A stretch of 58,014 nucleotides of DNA from an uncultured Ectothiorhodospiraceae bacterium (GCA_947258845.1 CAMYJZ010000003.1:1-58014); one strand, 5' to 3'; positions 10,893 to 23,929 are shown, counted from the first letter of the stretch. Notes: a model not told the origin generated them from the sequence alone. Numbers and translations: made by a program.

Positions 10893-10946
10893 ACAACCCT
10901 GCAGTGGTGTTCAGGGTACCCGGATTGATTGAGAGAGGTTAGGACT

Positions 10947-11834
10947 ATGGCAATTACAGCAGCGCAAGTGAAGGAACTGCGCGAGCGGACCGGCTCCGGC
11001 ATGATGGAGTGCAAGAAGGCACTGGTCGACGCCGGTGGTGATATGGATACAGCAATTGAAACGCTGCGCAAGACGGGGTTGGCGAAGGCCGACAAAAAGG
11101 CCGGCAGGATCGCCTCCGAGGGTCTGATCGCCATCGCGATTTCGGATGACGCCAGGACGGCAGCCGTTGTCGAGGTAAACTGCGAAACCGATTTTGTCGC
11201 CAAGAAGGAGGATTTCCAGGAATTCTCGCAGGCCATTGCACAATGCGTGCTGGCGAATGATCCGGCGGACATCGACGCCCTGCTGGCCATGCCCCTGCGT
11301 GACGGCGATGACACCAGCATTGAAATCGCGCGCAAGTCGCTGATTGCCTCGATCGGTGAAAACATCAACGTGCGCCGCTTTATCCGCCGCGCGGCAACGG
11401 CAGGGATGCTGGCACAATACCGGCATGGTGTACGGATCGGTGTGCTGGTCGAAATCCAGGGCGGTAATGATGAACTGGCGCGCGACATCGCCATGCACAT
11501 CGCTGCCAGCAAGCCCCTGTTCTGCTCTGCCGATGATGTCGACCAGGATGTACTGGACAAGGAGCGCGAGATCTTCACCGCCCAGGCCGAGGCCAGCGGC
11601 AAGCCGGCCAATATCATCGAAAAGATGGTCGATGGTCGCATCAGGAAGTTTCTCGGTGAAATTACCCTGCTGGGCCAGCCCTTCGTCAAGGACCCGGACC
11701 AGACCGTCGGCAAGCTGCTCGAGGCCGCCGGGGCCAGCGTGACCGGTTTTGACCGCATGGAACTGGGCGAGGGCATCGAGAAAAAGACAGAGAATTTCGC
11801 TGATGAAGTCATGGCGCAGGTCAAGGGCGGTTGA
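10947..11834 (+). CDS. tsf: elongation factor Ts
   Basis: [29 protein letters not shown]. Confidence 0.98.
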   Translation: MAITAAQVKELRERTGSGMMECKKALVDAGGDMDTAIETLRKTGLAKADKKAGRIASEGLIAIAISDDARTAAVVEVNCETDFVAKKEDFQEFSQAIAQCVLANDPADIDALLAMPLRDGDDTSIEIARKSLIASIGENINVRRFIRRAATAGMLAQYRHGVRIGVLVEIQGGNDELARDIAMHIAASKPLFCSADDVDQDVLDKEREIFTAQAEASGKPANIIEKMVDGRIRKFLGEITLLGQPFVKDPDQTVGKLLEAAGASVTGFDRMELGEGIEKKTENFADEVMAQVKGG

Positions 11835-11889
11835 TGCGGGGCCACAGCCGATATGCCAGGGATCTTCAGTGCAGCTGAGAGCAACAATC

Positions 11890-11920
11890 AACGGGGTCGG
11901 TAGTCGACCCCGTTTTTTTT
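11890..11920 (+). terminator. Rho-independent terminator after tsf
   Basis: Stem aacggggtcg/cgaccccgtt with a 5-nt loop, running into a T tract. Confidence 0.85.
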
Positions 11921-12013
11921 GCATGGCATTGGGGGCGGAAAAGTAAGACAATGGCCCCGATTCCGCGAAGATTCATGAATATTCTATATATTGTTGACTT
12001 ATAAGGAAATATA

Positions 12014-12727
12014 GTGCGATATCAGCGTGTACTGTTGAAGCTCAGCGGCGAGGCCCTGATGGGTGCCCAGGATCACGGCATTGACCCGGAGGTGATCCAG
12101 CGCATTGCCGGCGAGGTTCACAAGGCCAGTTCGGGCGGCGTGCAGATTGGCCTGGTCATCGGCGGCGGCAATATCGTGCGCGGTGCCGGCATGGCCTCGC
12201 GCGGGATGGACCGGGTCACCGGCGACCACATGGGTATGCTGGCGACGGTGATCAATTCCCTGGCACTGCAGGACGCCCTGGAGAAGGCCGGCGCAGACTG
12301 CCGGGTGATGTCGGCCCTGAGAATAAACCAGGTGTGTGAGCCCTACATCCGCGGGCGAGCGATTCGTCACCTGGAAAAGGGGCGCGTGGTGCTTTTCGCC
12401 GCCGGTACGGGCAACCCGTTCTTTACCACGGATTCAGCTGCCAGCCTGCGCGCCATCGAGATCAATGCCGATATCATGCTCAAGGCCACCAAGGTCGATG
12501 GCATCTACTCGGCTGACCCGGTTACCAACAAGGATGCGACTCTGTATGACCGGCTGACTTTTGACGAGGCGCTAAAGCGGAAACTGGCGGTGATGGATGC
12601 CACGGCGCTGGTGCTGTGCAACGAACACAATATGCCGGTCCGGGTATTCAATATTTTCGAGCCAGGCCATCTGGGCAGGATTGTTGCAGGGGATCAAGTG
12701 GGGACCCTGGTAGAGCAGGAGAATTGA
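12014..12727 (+). CDS. pyrH: UMP kinase
   Basis: [24 protein letters not shown]. Confidence 0.98.
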   Translation: MRYQRVLLKLSGEALMGAQDHGIDPEVIQRIAGEVHKASSGGVQIGLVIGGGNIVRGAGMASRGMDRVTGDHMGMLATVINSLALQDALEKAGADCRVMSALRINQVCEPYIRGRAIRHLEKGRVVLFAAGTGNPFFTTDSAASLRAIEINADIMLKATKVDGIYSADPVTNKDATLYDRLTFDEALKRKLAVMDATALVLCNEHNMPVRVFNIFEPGHLGRIVAGDQVGTLVEQEN

Positions 12728-12730
12728 AGA

Positions 12731-13288
12731 ATGATCGAAGACATCAAAAAGGACGCCAGTGAACGCATGGACAAGAGCATCGAGGCGCTGAAGCAATCGC
12801 TGAGCAAGGTACGCACAGGTCGGGCCCACCCCAGCCTGCTCGACCACCTGAGCGTCGATTATTACGGCAGCCAGGTGCCGATATCCCAGGTGGCCAATAT
12901 TTCAGTTGAGGATGCCCGCACCCTCACGGTGACGCCCTGGGAAAAACAGATGGTGCAGGTCATCGAGAAGGCAATTATCTCCTCCGATCTGGGCCTCAAC
13001 CCGGCAACCGCCGGAACTGTGATGCGCATACCGATGCCGGCCCTCACTGAGGAAAGCCGCCGTAACCTCGCCAAGGTGGTGCGTACCGATGGGGAGACCG
13101 CGAAAGTGGCGATTCGAAATATTCGTCGTGACGCCAACAGCGACTTCAAGGCCCTGCTCAAGGAAAAGGAGATCTCCGAGGACGAGGAGCACAAGGCACA
13201 GGATGATGTCCAGCGTATCACGGACAAACACGTGGCCGATGTCGACAAGATCGTGACACAAAAAGAAGCGGAGCTGATGGAGCTGTAG
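12731..13288 (+). CDS. frr: ribosome recycling factor
   Basis: [22 protein letters not shown]; 185 aa. Confidence 0.98.
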   Translation: MIEDIKKDASERMDKSIEALKQSLSKVRTGRAHPSLLDHLSVDYYGSQVPISQVANISVEDARTLTVTPWEKQMVQVIEKAIISSDLGLNPATAGTVMRIPMPALTEESRRNLAKVVRTDGETAKVAIRNIRRDANSDFKALLKEKEISEDEEHKAQDDVQRITDKHVADVDKIVTQKEAELMEL

Positions 13289-13319
13289 CCCGCAGCCACC
13301 GCTGTTAATCCCTATCGAA

Positions 13320-14069
13320 ATGACAAGTACCGAGAAATCCAGCCGCCTGCCGCAGCATATCGCCATCATCATGGATGGCAACGGCCGTTGGGCGCGGGCG
13401 CGCATGTTGCCGCGCTATGTCGGACACCGTGAGGGTGTGAAGGCAGTCAAGGCCATCGTCGAGGCCTGCCGTAACAAGGGCATCCGGGCGCTGACGCTGT
13501 TTGCCTTCAGCAGCGAGAACTGGCGGCGACCGCGCGATGAGGTCGGGCTGCTGATGGACCTGTTTATCCGCACCCTGAAAAAGGAGATCGAGGCCCTGCA
13601 CAGGAACGCTATCCGGGTGCGTTTTATCGGTGACCGTGATGCCTTCCCGGAGGGCCTGCGCGAACTTATGACTGAGGCCGAGGAAAAAACCCGTGCGAAC
13701 ACGGCAATGGACCTGGTGATTGCGGCGAACTACGGGGGGAAGTGGGATATCACCCGGGCATTGCAGGTCATTGCCCGGCGTGTTGCCGCCGGCGAGATAA
13801 AACCGGACGACATTACGCCGGATATGATTGGCGGGGAAATTGCCCTGGAGGATCTGCCCGAGCCCGACCTGTTTATCCGTACCGGCGGTGAGCAGCGCAT
13901 CAGTAATTTCCTGTTGTGGCAACTGGCCTATACGGAACTCTATTTTACCGATGTCCTGTGGCCGGCCTTCAATGAACACGCACTGGATGAGGCCTTGCAG
14001 TCCTTCGCCAGCCGGCAACGACGTTTTGGTCGCACCGGAGACCAGGTGGAGCAGTTGAAGGGTGCTTAA
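13320..14069 (+). CDS. uppS: undecaprenyl diphosphate synthase
   Basis: HIAIIMDGNGRWA, AFSSENWRRP, IRTGGEQRISNFLLWQ. Confidence 0.97.
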   Translation: MTSTEKSSRLPQHIAIIMDGNGRWARARMLPRYVGHREGVKAVKAIVEACRNKGIRALTLFAFSSENWRRPRDEVGLLMDLFIRTLKKEIEALHRNAIRVRFIGDRDAFPEGLRELMTEAEEKTRANTAMDLVIAANYGGKWDITRALQVIARRVAAGEIKPDDITPDMIGGEIALEDLPEPDLFIRTGGEQRISNFLLWQLAYTELYFTDVLWPAFNEHALDEALQSFASRQRRFGRTGDQVEQLKGA

Positions 14070-14880
14070 GGCGCGCCTGATCTCGGCCGCGATCATGATA
14101 CCGCTCGTTGTCGGCGGCATCCTGTTGCTCCCGACAGAGGGCGTGGCGCTGATACTGGCCCTGGTCATGGGCGTCGGCTTGTGGGAATGGGCCCGCATGG
14201 TGCCGCTGCAGTCTGTCCCTTCACGACTGCTTTACCCGGCCGCGGGCCTGTTGTTGATGTGGCTTGCCTGGCTGGCGCCGTTGGCAGTATTGATCGATAT
14301 CCTGCTGGTGGCGGCCCTGCTGTGGTGGCTGGGGGCGCTGTACTGGGTCAGCCGGGCACAGATCACAACAGAGTCAGGTGCCTTGCTGCGGGTCATGAAG
14401 TCTGTGATTGGCCTGCTGGTCATGCTGCCGGCCTGGGCGGCGCTGGTGATGCTGCACGGGCGGGAACAGGAGGGTCCCCTGTTGACCCTGTTTCTGCTGG
14501 TGCTCATCTGGCTTGCCGACAGTGGCGCCTATTTCGCGGGCCGTCGCTGGGGGCGCAGCAAACTGGCACCCGTGATCAGCCCGGGCAAGACCTGGCAGGG
14601 CGTCTACGGCGGTCTTGTCGCCAGTGGGCTGTTCGCACTGCTGGCCGGGTTGCTCTACAGCCAGTCGCCCAGATGGACGGCCGGGCTGGTGCTGGTCGCG
14701 CTGCTCACGGTGATGTTCTCCGTCGTCGGCGATCTGCTGGAGAGTCTGATGAAGCGCCAGTGCGGTATCAAGGACAGCAGTCATATCATTCCCGGCCATG
14801 GCGGGATACTCGACCGTATCGACAGCCTGACGGCCGCCGCACCGGTTTTCCTGCTGGGACTCAACTGGCTGGAACTTTGA
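14062..14880 (+). CDS. cdsA: phosphatidate cytidylyltransferase
   Basis: ISPGKTW, GDLLESLMKR..IKDS..IPGHGGILDRIDS. Confidence 0.97.
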   Translation: MLKARLISAAIMIPLVVGGILLLPTEGVALILALVMGVGLWEWARMVPLQSVPSRLLYPAAGLLLMWLAWLAPLAVLIDILLVAALLWWLGALYWVSRAQITTESGALLRVMKSVIGLLVMLPAWAALVMLHGREQEGPLLTLFLLVLIWLADSGAYFAGRRWGRSKLAPVISPGKTWQGVYGGLVASGLFALLAGLLYSQSPRWTAGLVLVALLTVMFSVVGDLLESLMKRQCGIKDSSHIIPGHGGILDRIDSLTAAAPVFLLGLNWLEL

Positions 14881-14935
14881 GCCGCAGGGCTTATCCCAGG
14901 TACTACAGCGGACATGATCTCAGGTACTGACAGCG

Positions 14936-16144
14936 ATGCATGACTCACAGCCGGCAGGCATAACCGTACTGGGTGCGACCGGCTCGATCGGGGTGAATAC
15001 CCTTGATGTCGTGTCCAGGTATCCCGGTCGCTTCAATGTCATAGCGCTGACGGGCAATACCGACGTCGAGGCCCTGGCCGGACAGTGTGAACGATTCCTG
15101 CCGCGCTATGCCGTCATGGCAGACCCGGATGCGGCCGAACGGCTGGCGGCGCTATTGCGTAACACCGCCCCGGATGTGCAGGTGCTGGGTGGCCGGGACG
15201 CGCTGGTGGAGGTGGCCGGCCTGCCCGCGGTCGACTTCGTGATGGCGGCCATTGTCGGGGCGGCCGGCCTGCTGCCCTGCCTGGAAGCAGCCAGGCGCGG
15301 CAAACGCGTTTTACTGGCGAACAAGGAGGCGCTGGTGATGTCCGGTGCCTTGTTCATGCAGGCCGTGCGTGACAATGATGCCGTGCTGCTGCCAATCGAC
15401 AGCGAGCACAATGCCATCCTCCAGTGTATGCCGGATAACTATACAGCCGGCCATGCACCGCGCGGTGTCCGCAAGATCATGCTGACGGCCTCCGGTGGTC
15501 CATTCAGGACTTTGCCGGTCAGCAAACTGGCCGGTGTTACCCCGGCGCAGGCCTGCGCACACCCCAACTGGGAAATGGGGCGCAAGATATCGGTTGATTC
15601 GGCCACCATGATGAACAAGGGCCTTGAGGTCATCGAGGCCGGCTGGTTGTTTGACTTGCCCCTGGAAAAGATCAAGGTGCTCATCCATCCCCAGAGTATT
15701 CTGCACTCGATGGTGGAATACGATGACGGTTCCGTGATCGCCCAGCTGGGTAATCCTGACATGCGCATTCCCATCACCCACGCCCTGGCGTGGCCGGAGC
15801 GGATCGACTCGGGCGCAGCGCAACTGGACCTGGCAGCGGTCGGTTCCCTGCAGTTCGAAGACCCGGACAGGGCGCACTTTCCCTGCCTGGAACTGGCCTG
15901 TCATGCCTGGCGGCAGGGAGGTACTGCACCGGCCATCCTGAATGCCGCCAATGAAGTGGCCGTGCAGGCCTTTCTCGACAAGCAGATCGCCTTTACCTCG
16001 ATCCCGCGGCTGATTGAACATGCCATGGAGCGCTGCACGGTACATGACGGAACATCGCTGCAGGTGATACTGGAGGACGATGCCGCGGCACGTCGCCAGG
16101 CGAGAGATTACATCGACTCGGACCGGATGCAGGCAAGCTCATGA
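14936..16144 (+). CDS. dxr: 1-deoxy-D-xylulose-5-phosphate reductoisomerase
   Basis: [34 protein letters not shown]. Confidence 0.98.
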   Translation: MHDSQPAGITVLGATGSIGVNTLDVVSRYPGRFNVIALTGNTDVEALAGQCERFLPRYAVMADPDAAERLAALLRNTAPDVQVLGGRDALVEVAGLPAVDFVMAAIVGAAGLLPCLEAARRGKRVLLANKEALVMSGALFMQAVRDNDAVLLPIDSEHNAILQCMPDNYTAGHAPRGVRKIMLTASGGPFRTLPVSKLAGVTPAQACAHPNWEMGRKISVDSATMMNKGLEVIEAGWLFDLPLEKIKVLIHPQSILHSMVEYDDGSVIAQLGNPDMRIPITHALAWPERIDSGAAQLDLAAVGSLQFEDPDRAHFPCLELACHAWRQGGTAPAILNAANEVAVQAFLDKQIAFTSIPRLIEHAMERCTVHDGTSLQVILEDDAAARRQARDYIDSDRMQASS

Positions 16145-17511
16145 ACGGTGTGCTGCTCTCGACAATCGCCTTCATTGTCGCGATTGGTGTCCTTGTTACG
16201 GTCCATGAATTCGGGCACTTCTGGGTGGCCAGGAGGCTCGGTGTGAAGGTCCTGCGGTTCTCGATCGGTTTCGGGAAACCCCTGTGGAGCGGCCGCTTCG
16301 GCACCGACGACACCGAGTTGGTGGTCGCGGCCATCCCGCTTGGCGGTTATGTCAAGATGCTGGATGAACGCGAGGGCGAGGTCGACGCGGCTGAACGGCA
16401 CCGGGCATTCAACCGCCAGGGCCTGTCCACCCGGATTGCGGTGGTAACGGCCGGCCCCTTGTTCAACTTCCTGTTCGCCATCGCGGCCTACTGGCTCATG
16501 TTTGTCAGCGGCGTTCCGGGACTGCGTCCGGTCATCGGCGAGTTGATCGAATCCTCTCCAGCCCAGCAGGCCGGCTTCATGCCGGGTGACGAGATCCGTC
16601 GCATCAAGGACAGGCCGACCAGCAGCTGGGAGACGGCGATCCTCGCCCTGTTGGATGCCGGACTGGACGAACAGGCCTCATTCGAGGTCGGGGTGCGGGA
16701 TCCGCAGGGCAGTGACCGGCTCGTACGGGTCAGACTGGACGGGTCCACCCGCCTGCTGGACAAGGGCGGGGTGCTGGAGAATTTCGGTATCAAGCCCTGG
16801 CGCCCGGTGTATCCCGCCACCATCGACCGGCTGCTTGCCGGCGGTTCGGGCGAGCAGGCCGGCCTGCTCGCCGGTGACCGGGTGGTGGCGGCGGACGGTG
16901 AGGTGATGAAGGACTGGAACCAGTGGGTTGACTATGTGCGGGCGCGGCCTGGCCGGACCATCGCGGTACAGGTTCAGCGCGGGGATGAGTTGCTGGACCT
17001 CGAACTGACGCCGCAGGCGGTCCAGGACAAGGGGGAAACAGTAGGCCGTATCGGCGCCTATGTGCGCCTTCCGGATGCCGATCAGCATGCTACAATGCGC
17101 GTCGTTGTCCGTTATGGACTGCTTGAGGCAGTCCCGGCCGCACTCGGAAAGACCTGGGAAATGTCGACACTGACTCTGAGGACGCTGTGGAAAATGGTCA
17201 GCGGCAAGGCCTCGGTCGAGAACCTCAGCGGGCCGATCAGTATTGCCCGTTATGCAGGCCAGTCGGCCGCCATCGGTCTGGCGGCCTTTCTGGGCTTTCT
17301 GGCCATTGTCAGTGTCAGCCTGGGTGTACTGAACCTGTTGCCGATCCCGATCCTTGATGGCGGACACCTGATGTATTACCTGATCGAGATGCTGAAGGGC
17401 AGCCCGGTGTCCGAGGCGGCCCAGATGTTCGGCCAGCGGGTTGGGATTGTCCTGTTGCTTTTGTTGATGTCACTGGCCTTTTACAACGACCTGGCAAGGT
17501 TATTTGAATAA
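16141..17511 (+). CDS. rseP: RIP metalloprotease RseP
   Basis: HEFGH zinc motif, two PDZ domains, [11 protein letters not shown]. Confidence 0.97.
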   Translation: MNGVLLSTIAFIVAIGVLVTVHEFGHFWVARRLGVKVLRFSIGFGKPLWSGRFGTDDTELVVAAIPLGGYVKMLDEREGEVDAAERHRAFNRQGLSTRIAVVTAGPLFNFLFAIAAYWLMFVSGVPGLRPVIGELIESSPAQQAGFMPGDEIRRIKDRPTSSWETAILALLDAGLDEQASFEVGVRDPQGSDRLVRVRLDGSTRLLDKGGVLENFGIKPWRPVYPATIDRLLAGGSGEQAGLLAGDRVVAADGEVMKDWNQWVDYVRARPGRTIAVQVQRGDELLDLELTPQAVQDKGETVGRIGAYVRLPDADQHATMRVVVRYGLLEAVPAALGKTWEMSTLTLRTLWKMVSGKASVENLSGPISIARYAGQSAAIGLAAFLGFLAIVSVSLGVLNLLPIPILDGGHLMYYLIEMLKGSPVSEAAQMFGQRVGIVLLLLLMSLAFYNDLARLFE

Positions 17512-17544
17512 TATCGCTTACGAGCTGTCCACACGCAAACAACA

Positions 17545-19824
17545 ATGAAAATCATCTTCCACTCCCTGTTGTTGTTCCTGCTGCTCACCGGGACGGCCTA
17601 CGCATTCGAACCGTTCGTGGTCAGTGATGTGCGGGTGGAGGGTCTGCAGCGGATCTCGGCAGGCACGGTGTTCAACTACCTGCCGGTCAAGGTCGGCGAT
17701 ACCGTCGATACCGACGGCTCGGCGGCTGCCATCAGGGCCCTGTTCAAGACCGGCTTCTTTAATGATGCCTACCTGGAACGGGACGGGAATATCCTGGTCG
17801 TGCATGTCACGGAGCGTGCCGCGATCAGCAGCATCGAGATCAAGGGCAATCGTGACCTGGAGACCGAGGAACTGCTCACCGGCCTCAAGCAGATCGGGCT
17901 GGCCGAGGGCCGGGTTTTCGACCGTTCCCTGCTCGACAAGGTCGAGCAGGAATTGCAGCGCCAGTATTTCAGCCGTGGCAAGTACGCGGTCAGACTCGAC
18001 ACCACGGTGACCCCGCTGGAACGAAACCGCGTCGGCATCCTGATCGACATCTCGGAAGGGCAGGTTGCCAGGATCAAGCAGATCAATATCGTGGGGAACA
18101 GCCGCTACCCGGATGCAGAGCTGCTCGACGACTTCACCCTCAATACGCCCACCTTCTTTTCATTCATCACCAAGAGCGACCAGTATTCCAAGCAGAAGCT
18201 GGCGGCGGACCTGGAGATATTGCGCTCATTCTACCTCGATCGCGGTTACCTGAACTTCGATATCACCTCTACCCAGGTGTCCATCACGCCTGACAAGAAG
18301 GATATCTATATCACCGTCAATATCAGCGAAGGCGAGCAGTACAGCATCAGCGAGGTCACCCTGTCCGGAGACCTGGTGGTCGAGCCGGAGGAACTTTTTC
18401 CGCTGGTCAGAATCAATCCGAAAGACGTGTTCTCGCGCAAGCGGGTCACCGAGGCGGTGGACCGCATCAGTGCCAAGCTGGGCGATCACGGCTACGCCTT
18501 TGCCAATGTCAATACGGTCCCTGAGCTTGATGACGAGAATAACGAAGTGTCACTGGCCTTCTTTATCGACCCCGGCAAGCGGGTTTATGTGCGCCGCGTG
18601 AACGTGGAAGGCAATGTATCCACGCGCGACGAGGTTCTGCGCCGCGAGATGCGCCAGATGGAGGCCGGCTGGTTCTCCGCTGAAAAGGTGGAACGTTCGC
18701 GTGCCCGCCTGCAGCGGCTGGGCTACTTCGAGGACGTCAATGTCGAGACCCCCTCGGTGCCGGGGACCACGGACCAGGTCGATGTCAACTATTCGGTCGC
18801 CGAGACCTCCTCCGGCAGCATCACCGCCGGTCTCGGTTATTCACAGTCCTCGGGTCTACTGTTCAATGCGAGTGTCTCGCAGGACAATTTCCTCGGCAGC
18901 GGCAAGCGCGTCAGCTTTGCCTTCAACAACAGTGACATCAATACCGTATACAGTTTTTCCTATACCAATCCCTATTACACCATCGACGGCATCAGTCGTG
19001 GCTTCGGTTCGTATTACCGGGAGACCGATGCAGACGAGGCCAACCTCTCCGACTACACCACCGATTCATTCGGCGCCAACGTCAGCTTCGGAATTCCGAT
19101 AACCGAGTACGAACGGATCTATCTGAACACCGAGTACGAGAATATCGAGCTCAAGCCGACCATCGCCTCGCCCTCCGAGGTGTTCGACTTTATCGACCGG
19201 CACGGTGACAGCTACGACAATATCAAGCTCACCGGCAGTTGGAGTCACGACACCCGCAACAAGGCGATCTTCGCCGATCGCGGCGGCCTCATGCGGATCG
19301 CACTGGAGACCGCCATCCCGGGTTCGGGCCTCGAGTATTACAAGCTGAACTACCGGCAACAGCAATTCGTGCCACTGACCAGGAACCTGACCCTGTCGCT
19401 GAATGGCGAGCTGGGTTACGGGGAAGGATTCGGCGACCATGAGCAGTTGCCGTTTTTCGAGAACTTCTTTGCCGGCGGCGTGCGCTCGGTGCGCGGTTTC
19501 GAGGACAATACCCTGGGACCCCTGGATTCGAACGGCAACCCCATCGGCGGCAGCTTCCGGGTGGTGGGCAATGCCGAACTCATCTTCCCGGTGCCGTTTT
19601 TCGAGGATGCCAAGTCATTCAGGTTGAGTGCGTTTTTCGATATCGGTAATGTGTTCGAGGACTTCAAGGACTTCGATGCCGACGAATTGAGGTATTCTGT
19701 CGGCCTGGCAGGCCTGTGGCTCTCACCGTTGGGTCCGCTCTCGATCAGCCTGGGTTACCCCATCAATGACGAGGCGGATGACGAGGTGCAGAACTTCCAG
19801 TTTACGATCGGGACATTTTTCTGA
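17545..19824 (+). CDS. bamA: outer membrane protein assembly factor BamA
   Basis: Signal peptide, POTRA repeats, VRGF motif, C-terminal FQFTIGTFF. Confidence 0.97.
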   Translation: MKIIFHSLLLFLLLTGTAYAFEPFVVSDVRVEGLQRISAGTVFNYLPVKVGDTVDTDGSAAAIRALFKTGFFNDAYLERDGNILVVHVTERAAISSIEIKGNRDLETEELLTGLKQIGLAEGRVFDRSLLDKVEQELQRQYFSRGKYAVRLDTTVTPLERNRVGILIDISEGQVARIKQINIVGNSRYPDAELLDDFTLNTPTFFSFITKSDQYSKQKLAADLEILRSFYLDRGYLNFDITSTQVSITPDKKDIYITVNISEGEQYSISEVTLSGDLVVEPEELFPLVRINPKDVFSRKRVTEAVDRISAKLGDHGYAFANVNTVPELDDENNEVSLAFFIDPGKRVYVRRVNVEGNVSTRDEVLRREMRQMEAGWFSAEKVERSRARLQRLGYFEDVNVETPSVPGTTDQVDVNYSVAETSSGSITAGLGYSQSSGLLFNASVSQDNFLGSGKRVSFAFNNSDINTVYSFSYTNPYYTIDGISRGFGSYYRETDADEANLSDYTTDSFGANVSFGIPITEYERIYLNTEYENIELKPTIASPSEVFDFIDRHGDSYDNIKLTGSWSHDTRNKAIFADRGGLMRIALETAIPGSGLEYYKLNYRQQQFVPLTRNLTLSLNGELGYGEGFGDHEQLPFFENFFAGGVRSVRGFEDNTLGPLDSNGNPIGGSFRVVGNAELIFPVPFFEDAKSFRLSAFFDIGNVFEDFKDFDADELRYSVGLAGLWLSPLGPLSISLGYPINDEADDEVQNFQFTIGTFF

Positions 19825-19853
19825 TTTTTGGTTGGCGAACGTGGAGAACTATT

Positions 19854-20366
19854 TTGAATAGATACAGACCAGCATTAATGATGGCAGGCCTGCTTGCGGT
19901 GGCGGCGGTGTATTCCGGCAGCGTACAGGCGGAAATGAAAATCGGCTTTGTCGACACGGCAAAACTGATGGAGGCCGCACCCCAGGTCAAGGCCGCGAAC
20001 AGCAAGATCGAGGCCGAGTTCGGCCCGCGGGAGAAGGAACTGGTGGCGCTGCAGCGCGAGATACAGAACCTGGAGGACCGCCTGTCCCGGGATGGCACGG
20101 TCATGAGCGAGTCGGAACGCTCCAAGCTGGAGCGGCAGATTCTCGGCAAGCGACGTGATCTGAAGCGTGCCCAGGAGGAATTCCGTGACGATCTCAATAT
20201 CAGGCGCAACGAGGTGCTCACCAAGCTGCAGAAGGATATGTATGATGCCGTCGTGACCTTTGCCAAGGAACAGAACTTTGATCTGATCCTGAGCCAGGGC
20301 GTCGTCTATTCGAGCGACCGGATTGATATTACCGACAATATTGCGGCGAAGCTCAAGGGCAATTGA
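19854..20366 (+). CDS. skp: OmpH/Skp periplasmic chaperone
   Basis: Signal peptide, KIGFVD, coiled coil, IDITD; between bamA and lpxD. Confidence 0.93.
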   Translation: MNRYRPALMMAGLLAVAAVYSGSVQAEMKIGFVDTAKLMEAAPQVKAANSKIEAEFGPREKELVALQREIQNLEDRLSRDGTVMSESERSKLERQILGKRRDLKRAQEEFRDDLNIRRNEVLTKLQKDMYDAVVTFAKEQNFDLILSQGVVYSSDRIDITDNIAAKLKGN

Positions 20367-20395
20367 CCCCGCGGCCGCGATAGGGAAGCACCCGC

Positions 20396-21418
20396 ATGGG
20401 GCTGACACTCGGTGAACTGGCAGACCGCATTGGCGGTGAGCTGCAGGGTGATCCGGGCTGTGTGATCACTGGCGTGGCCACCCTGCAGCACGCCGGCCCA
20501 GGCAGCATCAGCTTTCTTGCCAATACCAGCTACAGGAAATACCTGCCGCAGACCGCGGCTTCGGCGGTCATAACCCGACCGGAGTTTGCCGCGGAGTGCC
20601 CCACGGCGACGATCGTCAGCACCAACCCCTATGTCGCCTATGCCAGGGCGGCCGCGCTGATCGTGCCGCCGGCGCCGCTTCGCCAGGGGAGGGACCCGAG
20701 TGCCAGTATTGGCAAGGACTGCTGCATCGATGCCTCCGCCTGGATCGGTCCGAACTGCATCATCGGGGACAATGTGCATATCGGGGCCGGCACCCAGCTG
20801 GCCGGCGGCTGTTTTATCGGCCGCGACAGCCGGGTCGGTAACGGGGGGTATCTCCACGCCAATGTCGTCATCTGCGACGGCGTGCGCATCGGCGAGCGGG
20901 TCATCATCCACCCCGGTGCCGTGATTGGCAGTGATGGTTTTGGTCTGGCGAACGAGAATGGCCAGTGGCTCAAGGTGCCGCAGCTCGGTGGCGTGCGCAT
21001 CGGCAACGATGTCGAGATCGGCGCCAATACCAGTATCGATCGCGGCGCCCTGGATGATACCGTGCTCGAGGACGGGGTCAAACTCGACAACCAGATCCAG
21101 GTTGCGCATAACGTGCATATCGGTGCCCATACAGCGATTGCCGGTTGCGTGGGCATCTCCGGCAGCGCCAGGATCGGGCGACATTGCATGATCGGCGGGG
21201 GTGCCGGGATCGTCGGTCACCTGGAAATCGGCGATCACGTGACAGTGACCGGCATGACCATGGTGACCAGGTCCATTACCGGTCCGGGGGTATATTCATC
21301 CGGCGTCCCGGCACAGGAGAATTCCGAGTGGAACAGGAACTATGCGCGTTTCAGAAAACTGGATCAGCTGGCGCGGCGGCTGCAGGCGCTTGAACGCAGG
21401 CTGGGCGCAAAGGACTGA
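20396..21418 (+). CDS. lpxD: UDP-3-O-(3-hydroxyacyl)glucosamine N-acyltransferase
   Basis: Hexapeptide repeats, [27 protein letters not shown]. Confidence 0.97.
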   Translation: MGLTLGELADRIGGELQGDPGCVITGVATLQHAGPGSISFLANTSYRKYLPQTAASAVITRPEFAAECPTATIVSTNPYVAYARAAALIVPPAPLRQGRDPSASIGKDCCIDASAWIGPNCIIGDNVHIGAGTQLAGGCFIGRDSRVGNGGYLHANVVICDGVRIGERVIIHPGAVIGSDGFGLANENGQWLKVPQLGGVRIGNDVEIGANTSIDRGALDDTVLEDGVKLDNQIQVAHNVHIGAHTAIAGCVGISGSARIGRHCMIGGGAGIVGHLEIGDHVTVTGMTMVTRSITGPGVYSSGVPAQENSEWNRNYARFRKLDQLARRLQALERRLGAKD

Positions 21419-21462
21419 ATCCGGGTTATTGAACAACAGCTGACTGGACACCACCATGACTT

Positions 21463-21903
21463 ATGGACATTAACCAGATATTGCAGCATCTGCCACACCG
21501 TTATCCGTTCCTGCTGATTGACCGGGTGACGGAGTTCAATCCGGGCGAATCGCTAACCGGTATCAAGAACGTCACCTATAACGAGCCCTACTTCCAGGGC
21601 CATTTTCCGCAGCGCCCGGTCATGCCCGGTGTGCTCATTCTCGAGGCCATGGCACAGGCGACCGGCCTGCTGGCCTTCCGGACGCTCGAGCAGTCGGCCG
21701 TACGGGATACCCTCTATTTCCTGGTCGGCATGGACAAGGTGCGTTTCAAGCAACCCGTGGAACCGGGTGACCAGCTGGTGCTGAACGCCAAGCTGATGAA
21801 GACCAAACGCGGTATCTGGGTATTCGACTGTAACGCCAGGGTCGATGGCAAGCTGGTTGCCTCGGCAGAGATCATGTGCACCGAGAGGGACATCAACTCT
21901 TGA
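21463..21903 (+). CDS. fabZ: 3-hydroxyacyl-ACP dehydratase
   Basis: [31 protein letters not shown]. Confidence 0.98.
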   Translation: MDINQILQHLPHRYPFLLIDRVTEFNPGESLTGIKNVTYNEPYFQGHFPQRPVMPGVLILEAMAQATGLLAFRTLEQSAVRDTLYFLVGMDKVRFKQPVEPGDQLVLNAKLMKTKRGIWVFDCNARVDGKLVASAEIMCTERDINS

Positions 21904-22670
21904 TCGACCCGCGCGCGGTCATCGACCCTTCAGCCCGGCTGGCGGACGATGTCAGCGTCGGGGCATTCACCATCATCGGTCCTGATGTCGACATCGGTGC
22001 CGGCACCTGGATCGGTCCCCATGCCGTGATCAATGGTCCGACCCGCATCGGCAGGGACAACAGGATTTACCAGTTCGCCTCGGTCGGCGAGGCGCCCCAG
22101 GACAAGAAATACGCCGGCGAGGCGACCCGGCTCGAGATCGGTGACCGTAACCTGATACGCGAATTTGTCACCATCAACCGTGGCACGGTGCAGGATGCCG
22201 GCGTCACGCGTATCGGTGACGACAACTGGATCATGGCCTACGTGCATATCGCCCATGACTGCCGGGTCGGCAACCAGGTTATCTTCTCCAATAATGCCTC
22301 GCTTGCCGGCCACGTCCGGGTCGATGACTATGCGATTCTCGGCGGCTTCACCCTGGTACACCAGTTTTGCGCCATCGGTGCGCATGCATTCTGTGCCTTT
22401 GGGAGCGGTATCAAGAAGGATGTGCCGCCCTTCGTCATTGTCGATGGCAGCCCGGCGCGTCCCCGAGGCCTGAATGCCGAGGGCCTGAAACGCCGCGGCT
22501 TCACGGACCGGGCCCAGCAGGCACTGCGCCAGGCCTACAAGACCCTGTACCGGTCGAACCTTTCGCTGCAGGAGGCACTCGTCGAGCTGCAGGGAATGGC
22601 GCAGGAGCAGGAGGAGGTGGCGCAGCTGGTGTCTTTTATCGAGCAGCAGACACGGGGCATTGTCCGCTGA
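21900..22670 (+). CDS. lpxA: UDP-N-acetylglucosamine O-acyltransferase
   Basis: TTG start overlapping the fabZ stop; PQDKKY, HIAHDC, LAGHV, VHQF. Confidence 0.96.
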   Translation: MIDPRAVIDPSARLADDVSVGAFTIIGPDVDIGAGTWIGPHAVINGPTRIGRDNRIYQFASVGEAPQDKKYAGEATRLEIGDRNLIREFVTINRGTVQDAGVTRIGDDNWIMAYVHIAHDCRVGNQVIFSNNASLAGHVRVDDYAILGGFTLVHQFCAIGAHAFCAFGSGIKKDVPPFVIVDGSPARPRGLNAEGLKRRGFTDRAQQALRQAYKTLYRSNLSLQEALVELQGMAQEQEEVAQLVSFIEQQTRGIVR

Positions 22671-22768
22671 TGGATAGCGCTGCCTGGTCTGTTTCCCCGG
22701 ACCCGCAACGCCCGCCCGTGGCCCTGTCCGTGCCCCGGTTCGGCTAGGCAGCCGGTCGCCGTCTCGCA

Positions 22769-23929
22769 ATGGGCAACAATATCCATCCACTCCACGTTGG
22801 CATTGTTGCCGGGGAGGCCTCCGGTGACCTGCTGGGCGCGGGCCTGATCGAGGCGCTACACGAGCAGTTCCCGGATGCCCTGTTTGAGGGCGTCGGCGGG
22901 CCGCGGATGCAAGAGGCAGGGTGTTTCAGTCTCTACCCCATGGAACGACTGTCGGTGATGGGGATTGCCGAGGTCGTCCGGCACCTGCCCGGGCTGATAT
23001 CGATGCGCCGTGAGCTTGGCACACATTTTCTGAATAACCCCCCGGACATCTTCATCGGTGTCGATGCGCCCGATTTCAACCTCGCCCTGGAGCGCAGGCT
23101 CAAGCGCCGCGGGATCAGGACCTTGCACTATGTCAGTCCTTCTGTGTGGGCATGGCGCCAGTACCGGGTGCGCAAGATCGCCCGCAGCATCGACTGCATG
23201 TTGACCCTGTTCCCGTTTGAGGAACGCTTCTACCGCGAGCACAGGCTCCCGGTCCGTTGTGTTGGCCACCCGCTCGCGGACCTGCTGGCAGACGATATCG
23301 ATCAGGCGCAGGCCCGGCAGCACCTGGGGCTGGCAGATGACGGAGTGCTGGTCGCCCTGTTGCCCGGAAGCCGTGCCGATGAGGTCAAGCGCCTCGCAGG
23401 TCCGTTTATCGGTGCGGCGGCCTGGTGTCGGGAGCGCAGGCCGGACCTGGAATTTGTAGTACCCCTGGCGAACCATCGCTGTCGGGAACTGTTCGAGGAA
23501 GAACTCTCCAGGGCCCGCACGGCCATTCCCGTGACCCTGATAGAGGGCAGGTCACTTGAGGCGATGGCCGCTGCCGATGTCGCGCTGCTGGCCTCCGGAA
23601 CCGCGGCGCTCGAATGCATGCTGCTCAAGCGGCCGATGGTGGTGGCCTACCGCCTGTCATCCCTGACCTACCGGATCGCGAAACGGCTGATGAAGACGCC
23701 GTACTACTCGCTGCCCAATCTGCTGGCGGGACAAGCGGTGGTGAGGGAGGTGATCCAGGACGAGGTGAACGCCGGGAATCTCGGTCGCGAGTTAATGAGC
23801 TTGCTCGACAACCCCGGACATTCCGCCGAGATTCGTGAAACATTCTCGAAAATACACGACGATTTGCGTCGTGATGCAAACCGTGGCGCGGCACAGGCTG
23901 TACTTTCCCTGGTGGGCCAGCATGGATGA
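22769..23929 (+). CDS. lpxB: lipid-A-disaccharide synthase
   Basis: [26 protein letters not shown]. Confidence 0.97.
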   Translation: MGNNIHPLHVGIVAGEASGDLLGAGLIEALHEQFPDALFEGVGGPRMQEAGCFSLYPMERLSVMGIAEVVRHLPGLISMRRELGTHFLNNPPDIFIGVDAPDFNLALERRLKRRGIRTLHYVSPSVWAWRQYRVRKIARSIDCMLTLFPFEERFYREHRLPVRCVGHPLADLLADDIDQAQARQHLGLADDGVLVALLPGSRADEVKRLAGPFIGAAAWCRERRPDLEFVVPLANHRCRELFEEELSRARTAIPVTLIEGRSLEAMAAADVALLASGTAALECMLLKRPMVVAYRLSSLTYRIAKRLMKTPYYSLPNLLAGQAVVREVIQDEVNAGNLGRELMSLLDNPGHSAEIRETFSKIHDDLRRDANRGAAQAVLSLVGQHG